DNA of 41,018 nucleotides from Candidatus Peregrinibacteria bacterium. GTDB taxonomy: Bacteria; Patescibacteriota; Gracilibacteria; Peribacterales; Peribacteraceae. The notes under the pieces are model-generated. The model ran no database searches and was not told the DNA's origin. It saw only the letters and a program-made list of their open reading frames with translations. Both the position numbers and the translations under genes were made by a program. Shown piece after piece: positions 35,636 through 41,018 of this stretch. Each line of letters starts with the position of its first letter. The stretch's first letter is position 1. The stretch lies in NCBI GenBank assembly GCA_018662075.1, contig JABJGX010000023.1:1-41018 (forward strand), given 5' to 3'.

Positions 35636-35669
35636 TGTGCATCAACTAGATGATGATAGGAGTGAGTAA

Positions 35670-36959
35670 ATGAAACAACGAACCAGTGGCCTGCAGAAGG
35701 CTTCGCAGTGGCTTCTGGCAGATAGTCGGTTGCTTATCGCGGGGTCAGTTATTGCGCTTGTTTGGGCGCACGTGGATTTCTTCGGGGGCACTCATACCCT
35801 CGAGCACTTCACACACTTTGAAGTTGGACAGCTGTTTGCAGAACCTGCAGCTGATGCAGAACACTCGCCTCATGGCATGACCGTTCATGTTCTGATCGGT
35901 ATGGCGATGGCTTTCTTCTTCGGCATTGCTGGGGCGGAAGTGAAGGAGTCGACGCTTAAAGGTGGAGATTTAAACCCTCCATCGAAAGCGGCAGTTCCAT
36001 TGTTTGCAACAGCTGGAGGAATCTTGGGTCCCATTGGGGTTTACCTCTTTCTGGCAGTTGTTACAGGAAAAATTGCTCTCTACGCCAATGGTTGGGCTAT
36101 TCCGACCGCCACCGATATTGCCTTTTCGTATTACTTCGGCAACATGATCTTTGGCAAGGGCTCTGCCCCTGTGAAGTTCCTGTTACTGCTTGCGATTGCA
36201 GATGATGCAGTAGGACTGGTTATTATCGCCTTCGGCTTCACCGACTTTGCGCAAATTCACTTGTTGTGGATGTTGCTCCCTGTCGTTGCTGTTGTTCTGA
36301 CAATCGTAACCGCAAAGCTCCTGCAAGGGCATAAGAACCACAGCCATTGGCTGTATTTTCCGTTCATGGCTATCAGCTTGTATGGTTTCTATCGTACGGG
36401 AGTGGAGCCTGCTCTCGCATTTGTTCCAATCGTGTGGTTCATGCCGCATGCACAGACAGACCTTGGACTCTTCGCACATGGAGAATCTGAACGAGATGAT
36501 ACATTGAACCAGTTCGAGCACTTTTGGAAGCCGTGGGTAGAGGGGATACTTTTCTTCTTTGCTCTGACAAATGTTGGGGTGCCACTTGCGGGTATTGGTG
36601 TCGGGACACTGCTCGTTGCAGTTGCGCTGATCCTTGGTAAACCTCTCGGCGTATTGGTTTGCACATGGCTTGCGGTGAGGGTCTTTGGCCTTCGCCTTCC
36701 TGACGGGATGAACTATAAGATGGTGACCTGTATCGGAATGATTGCCGGTATCGGATTCACGGTGGCATTGTTTGTCGCTGTGAAAGCATTCGGCTCTCCC
36801 GAGTATGCAATGCAACTGCCTGAGGCAAAGCTGGGCGCACTGTTCAGTTTCCTCGCAGCTCCGCTGGCCATCTGGTATGCGCGAGCAGCTGGTATTAAAC
36901 CAGCGGATACCCCTGAGCAACCTGAGCAGGTCATTGAGTTGGAAACTCAGCCTGTCTGA
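35670..36959 (+). CDS. nhaA: Na+/H+ antiporter NhaA
   Basis: 429 aa and polytopic. GWAIPTATDIAF and LLLLAIADDAVGLVIIAF correspond to the E. coli NhaA TM IV/V unwound-helix motifs. Confidence 0.9.
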   Translation: MKQRTSGLQKASQWLLADSRLLIAGSVIALVWAHVDFFGGTHTLEHFTHFEVGQLFAEPAADAEHSPHGMTVHVLIGMAMAFFFGIAGAEVKESTLKGGDLNPPSKAAVPLFATAGGILGPIGVYLFLAVVTGKIALYANGWAIPTATDIAFSYYFGNMIFGKGSAPVKFLLLLAIADDAVGLVIIAFGFTDFAQIHLLWMLLPVVAVVLTIVTAKLLQGHKNHSHWLYFPFMAISLYGFYRTGVEPALAFVPIVWFMPHAQTDLGLFAHGESERDDTLNQFEHFWKPWVEGILFFFALTNVGVPLAGIGVGTLLVAVALILGKPLGVLVCTWLAVRVFGLRLPDGMNYKMVTCIGMIAGIGFTVALFVAVKAFGSPEYAMQLPEAKLGALFSFLAAPLAIWYARAAGIKPADTPEQPEQVIELETQPV

Positions 36960-36983
36960 CAATGATTCGGTCGAAAACCTACG

Positions 36984-37018
36984 AACCGCTACTCCTTTAT
37001 TGGGGTGGCGGTTTTTTT
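36984..37018 (+). terminator. rho-independent terminator of nhaA
   Basis: AACCGCTACTCC-tttatt-GGGGTGGCGGTT forms 12 bp (2 of them G-U) and runs into T7. Confidence 0.8.
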
Positions 37019-37040
37019 CAATGCGTATTACGGTGTATCT

Positions 37041-38483
37041 ATGAATGACGCAAAAAAGCATCAGTGGATTCTTATCATCCTGACACTTGCGATAGTTGTT
37101 GCTGTCGCTGGTTTGCTTGCACGGTGTTACTACGAACTGTCGGGAGTGATGTATGGAGATACAATGATTTTTCAGACAGTGGGCAGGGGAATGCTCAATG
37201 GACTGAAACCATATAGCGGTCTCTTTGAAACAAAACCACCAGGGATATTTATGATGCATGCACTATCGCTATGGTTATTTGATAGTCAGCTTCTTGTAAA
37301 AATATTGCAGGTATTGGCATTACTCACAATCCCAGTGATGGTCTTTATTCCTGCTGTACATTTTATGTCTGAGCGTTCAGCAAAGCAGCGACAGGTGCTG
37401 ACACTGACGTCTATACTTTTTGGTATTGTGCTTGCCCTGTATACAGGGGACCAAGCGGGTATGGGACTTACGGAAAGTTACGGAGTAGCGGCGGTTCTTT
37501 TGTATCTCTTTTTCTTATGTCGTCCAAAGCCAAACATACTTCTTCTTGGTGTTTTTATACTGATTGCAGTGGGACTAAAAGAGCCATTCCTACTTATTAT
37601 TCTTTCGTGTGTGCTTTTACTTAAGAAAAACCTCCTTCATGCATTTGTGTATCCACTACTTGTTGCAGTTTTTATGGGTTTGAGCATCTTGTTTGCACTT
37701 GGATACCTAGAACCATTTTTCTCTGTATACCTTCCGCATATGTTTGGTTTTCATGTATACCAACATAATGTACCTCTTCCGATTCGTGCACTTGAAGTGT
37801 GGCGCACATTTATAAATATAGGTGCGTATTCATGGTGGCTTGCCGGCTGCATTACCGTGCTATGGATTTCATCATTTTCTCGAGCAACAGCTCTACGATT
37901 GCTTACTGCGTCGTACCTTTTCTTTCTTGCAATTGCAGTTGGAGGGGATTTTTACGGTCATCACTTTGTCTTTGCTGTGCCATGTTATGTTGTGATGTAT
38001 TGGCTACTCCTTCAAGGGGTTGAGCGTTCTCGTTGGTGGATAAAAGTATTCGCACTCCTTCTTGTGTTGTCAGTTTTTCAGACACGCTTTATTTATCACA
38101 TTGATGAATGGCATCGAACAGAGGCTGACCATAAAGCAGTGGCCTCTGTAATAGATTCCGTTATGGATGATTGCGGATATGACCGGTATATTCAAATGAT
38201 TGCGAGAGGAGGAGGACCATATGCGTACACAAAACATAGTCCAGCAGGTCCGATATTTGTTCATTATTCACGCTTTATTGGTGGATCTCCGATGTATCAA
38301 TCGGCATATATTTCTGCACTTCAGAATGCTCCCTTAGCTTTTGTTCTTGATATTGATGAATCAAATTTCACGGACATAGCAAAGGAAATGATCAGAGAAA
38401 ACTTTTCTGAAAATGCTCCAGCATGTGCAGGGGAAGATTTTGTCCAGCCGTCTCCATACCATCTGCTCTTCCGCCTGGAATAG
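37041..38483 (+). CDS. polytopic GT-C-type glycosyltransferase (ArnT/PMT, family 39/83-like)
   Basis: Start moved to ATG 37041, after the terminator. The protein has roughly 12 TM helices. The first loop, YGDTMIFQTVGRGMLNGLKPYSGLFETKPPG, is typical of this family. Confidence 0.65.
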   Translation: MNDAKKHQWILIILTLAIVVAVAGLLARCYYELSGVMYGDTMIFQTVGRGMLNGLKPYSGLFETKPPGIFMMHALSLWLFDSQLLVKILQVLALLTIPVMVFIPAVHFMSERSAKQRQVLTLTSILFGIVLALYTGDQAGMGLTESYGVAAVLLYLFFLCRPKPNILLLGVFILIAVGLKEPFLLIILSCVLLLKKNLLHAFVYPLLVAVFMGLSILFALGYLEPFFSVYLPHMFGFHVYQHNVPLPIRALEVWRTFINIGAYSWWLAGCITVLWISSFSRATALRLLTASYLFFLAIAVGGDFYGHHFVFAVPCYVVMYWLLLQGVERSRWWIKVFALLLVLSVFQTRFIYHIDEWHRTEADHKAVASVIDSVMDDCGYDRYIQMIARGGGPYAYTKHSPAGPIFVHYSRFIGGSPMYQSAYISALQNAPLAFVLDIDESNFTDIAKEMIRENFSENAPACAGEDFVQPSPYHLLFRLE

Positions 38484-38505
38484 GGAATATGATAGGATGT
38501 GTAGT

Positions 38506-39672
38506 ATGAAAAAACTCAATGCAGGAACCGCAATTATTGCTACCCTATTTATTGTTAGTGGAGCCATTTACGCCGGTAGTTGGCAGGCATCTTTATCAAA
38601 CTCGCAGGAAGACTGGGATGGAACGTATGATTCATATGACCAAGATTATAATTATCAGTCTTGTGGAGATGGTATGTGTGATAGTGATGAAGATGAGTAT
38701 TCATGTGATATAGATTGCGGCACGCCGTGTTATACCGTTGATTGTGCAGCTCCGCCTGAAGGATGCTGGTACGAGAACCCAGAGTTTGACCGTGAGTGCC
38801 AGGTATCGTGTGGACGGATGAAGTGTAAAGAGAAAGAAATAGAGAAGTTCGACTGTAATCCTATTGTGTGTGAGGACGGCAGAGGGCATCCGCGTTGTAC
38901 ACCAGAGGGCCATCCTATTAACTACTTTGTCGATCCATGTTTCAAATCATCAGCTCCTGAGATGTGCTTTTATAATGATCGTAAGTATGAAATAGGTGAG
39001 AAGTTTAAAGATGCTGACGATTGTAATACGTGTTACTGCGATGATGGTGGGAATGTCTCGTGTACAGAAATGTATTGTGGAGGTAATGATGACTCTAATA
39101 CTGAATATGAGGAAGAGGTTGTGACCGCTCCTCCTGTGATGAATAGATTTAGTGATGTTACGTCACAGACGCTTGAAGGAGAAGCTGCGAATGCATTAGC
39201 AGAAAAGGGTATTATTGGAGGTTTTCCTGACGGAAGTTTTAGAGGGAGCCAGCCTGTGAACAGAGCAGAGGCTGCGAAGTTCTTGTTAATGTCTCGTCTC
39301 GGTGTAAAGAACTCGGCGCTGAACAATGGTCGTTTCACAGATGTACTTGAAGGGGAGTGGTACGTGAAGTACATAGTAACTGCTGCAGACCTTGGTATTA
39401 TCGATGGATATAAAGACGGAACGTTTAGGCCCGCAAATACGGTGAACACTGCAGAATTCTTAAAGATGCTTACCGGTGCGTTCGATCTACCTCAGAACAT
39501 TGAGCATAGTTTCACAGATGTACCAACTGATGCATGGTTTGCGAGGTACGCAGGGGGTGCAGATGCATTTAACTTGTTCCCTGGAGGCTCAGAAGGAAAG
39601 CTTCAGCCAGAGAAATTACTAACAAGGGGGGAAGTTTCTATCGCAATCTATCGCATTCTGAATGCACAATAG
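38506..39672 (+). CDS. secreted Cys-rich modular protein with three C-terminal SLH repeats
   Basis: Start at MKKLNAG (ATG 38506) with a signal/anchor helix. There are 20 Cys between residues 53 and 191. These include a CGDGMCDSDEDEYSCDIDCG repeat and a VWC-like CFYNDRKYEIGEKF..CNTCYC..G.VSC..MYC module. SLH repeats follow (FSDVTS.., FTDVLEGEWY.., FTDVPTDAWF..). Confidence 0.8.
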   Translation: MKKLNAGTAIIATLFIVSGAIYAGSWQASLSNSQEDWDGTYDSYDQDYNYQSCGDGMCDSDEDEYSCDIDCGTPCYTVDCAAPPEGCWYENPEFDRECQVSCGRMKCKEKEIEKFDCNPIVCEDGRGHPRCTPEGHPINYFVDPCFKSSAPEMCFYNDRKYEIGEKFKDADDCNTCYCDDGGNVSCTEMYCGGNDDSNTEYEEEVVTAPPVMNRFSDVTSQTLEGEAANALAEKGIIGGFPDGSFRGSQPVNRAEAAKFLLMSRLGVKNSALNNGRFTDVLEGEWYVKYIVTAADLGIIDGYKDGTFRPANTVNTAEFLKMLTGAFDLPQNIEHSFTDVPTDAWFARYAGGADAFNLFPGGSEGKLQPEKLLTRGEVSIAIYRILNAQ

Positions 39673-39718
39673 GCCTGTTTTTCCTTTTAAATAAGCCATT
39701 TATCGCTAACATGCCGCC

Positions 39719-40372
39719 ATGTCAATCGCTCCAGACCGTATCCTGTATGAAGATGAACACCTACTCGCTGTAAACAAGCTGAGTGGAGAGCTCGTCGTAA
39801 AAGGAGCTGGTAAGGTGCAAAAGCTACCACTCTTTGATTTCCTTCAAACAGATTACCCAGGCCTTAGGGTTCTTCATCGATTGGACTTCGAGACTTCAGG
39901 AGTCGTGCTTTTTGCAAAAACAAAAGAGGCAGAGGCGAAGGTATTGAACACAAAATTTGAACAATGGGAGAAGACGTACCAATGTCTTGTCATGGGGCGT
40001 ATCAATAGACCAAGTGGTGCTATTCGAAAGAAGCTGCCAGCACGTGGAAGAGGAGTAGTAGATGCGGAAACGCTCTATACAGTTCTCGATCTTTTTGCGA
40101 ATTCATCGTATGTGGAATGCGTAATAACAACCGGTCGTTTTCACCAGATTCGTAAGCACTTTGCAGGAATAGAACATCCTTTGGTTTTAGATAAAGAATA
40201 CGGACATCCAAAGTTTAACCAGCTGTTTAAGCAAGAGCTTGGTTACAATAAGTTCTTTTTGCATTCAACAAGTCTTTCATTCCCACATCCAATAACTGGA
40301 AAAGATATGGTTATCGATGCCCCATTGCCAAAAGCATTTTCAGCTCTTATAAAGAAGTTACGGTCGTTGTAG
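39719..40372 (+). CDS. RluA-family pseudouridine synthase
   Basis: 217 aa with the catalytic HRLDFETSGVVLFAKT motif and the GRFHQIRKH motif. Confidence 0.85.
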   Translation: MSIAPDRILYEDEHLLAVNKLSGELVVKGAGKVQKLPLFDFLQTDYPGLRVLHRLDFETSGVVLFAKTKEAEAKVLNTKFEQWEKTYQCLVMGRINRPSGAIRKKLPARGRGVVDAETLYTVLDLFANSSYVECVITTGRFHQIRKHFAGIEHPLVLDKEYGHPKFNQLFKQELGYNKFFLHSTSLSFPHPITGKDMVIDAPLPKAFSALIKKLRSL

Positions 40373-40400
40373 TTCGCAAAGTTTCCGCTACAATCAGGGC

Positions 40401-41018
40401 ATGAGAGTTCTTTCTGGATTCCAGCCATCGGGTCACTTCCACCTTGGAAATTATTTTGGTTCTATTTTACCAAATATAGAGTTTCAGAAAGAATCAGACG
40501 CAAGTTTCTTTATGGTGGCAGACTTGCACTCGCTTACGACTACTCGCGACCCAGAACAGTTGAGAACATTTACTATCGATAATGTTCGTGATTTCTTGGC
40601 ATGCGGGTTCGATCCATCTCATTCAGTACTGTTTCGTCAGTCTGCTGTTGCAGAGCATGCAGAGCTTGCATGGATACTCAGTACGTTGACACCTATGGGT
40701 CTTATGGAGAGGGCAGTGAGCTTTAAAGATAAAGTAGAGAGGGGAATAGACGCTAGTGTTGGGCTATTTACGTATCCTATTTTGCAGACTGCAGATATTA
40801 TTTTGTATCAGGCAGAGAAGGTACCAGTTGGTAGAGACCAGAAGCAGCACATTGAAATGGCACGTGATATTGCTGGAAAGTTTAACCATGCATATGGTGA
40901 GACGTTTGTTATTCCAGAGCCGATCATAAAAGACACTGCAGCAGTCGTACCAGGGACTGATGGGCAGAAGATGAGTAAGAGTTACGGAAATACTATTCCG
41001 TTCCTTGGAGAGGATGCA
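40401..41018 (+). CDS. trpS: tryptophan--tRNA ligase, 5' part (runs off window end)
   Basis: ATG 40401, open for 206 codons to the window edge. Contains SGFQPSGHFHLGNYFG (HIGH-type motif), GRDQKQHIE and KMSKS. It is absent from the ORF track because no stop lies in the window. Confidence 0.9.
   Translation, partial: MRVLSGFQPSGHFHLGNYFGSILPNIEFQKESDASFFMVADLHSLTTTRDPEQLRTFTIDNVRDFLACGFDPSHSVLFRQSAVAEHAELAWILSTLTPMGLMERAVSFKDKVERGIDASVGLFTYPILQTADIILYQAEKVPVGRDQKQHIEMARDIAGKFNHAYGETFVIPEPIIKDTAAVVPGTDGQKMSKSYGNTIPFLGEDA

Noticed and set aside
36183-37259. 358-aa ORF antisense to nhaA
   Set aside because: It lies entirely opposite a well-supported NhaA gene and runs through the nhaA terminator. 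Its composition (Cys/His/Arg/Gln-rich, no motifs) is typical of an antisense shadow ORF.

Overview
This 41-kb window is a densely coded chromosomal segment that looks like it comes from a small-genome uncultivated bacterium. The CPR/Patescibacteria-like, possibly Peregrinibacteria-like, origin is inferred from gene content only. The standard genetic code fits all long ORFs.

Housekeeping genes I recognise are gyrA, dnaX, ruvA, rsmI, rpmE, trxA, pgi, glyA, 5-formyl-THF cyclo-ligase, dcd, nhaA, trhO, an RluA-family pseudouridine synthase, a partial trpS, tRNA-Cys and tRNA-Ala. They are interleaved with envelope and secreted proteins: two SLH-anchored Cys-rich proteins, a large Ig/FN3 surface protein, four lipoproteins, a Trx-CcdA fusion and a DsbA-like protein.

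I found no transposase, integrase, CRISPR array, reverse transcriptase or recognisable defence or toxin-antitoxin cassette.

The items most worth follow-up are:
- a CIRCE operator driving a shortened hrcA that is translationally coupled to an 888-aa TraD/VirD4/HerA-like P-loop ATPase instead of chaperones;
- two long gene-free gaps with strong nested RNA structure that I could not assign to RNase P, tmRNA or SRP RNA (about 1594-1988 and 8299-8559);
- a secreted protein with a TIMP/NTR-like N-terminal CxC module on SLH anchors;
- a second SLH protein with 20 Cys, including a VWC-like module;
- tandem archaeal-type PurP paralogs, one carrying a canonical G-quadruplex motif;
- a duplicated promoter plus 5' fragment of tRNA-Ala;
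- an A7 slippery run at the expected tau/gamma junction of dnaX;
- a 98-bp palindrome of 9-mer repeats upstream of dnaX;
- a structured nhaA leader.

All family assignments come from motif recognition by eye. No database search was run.
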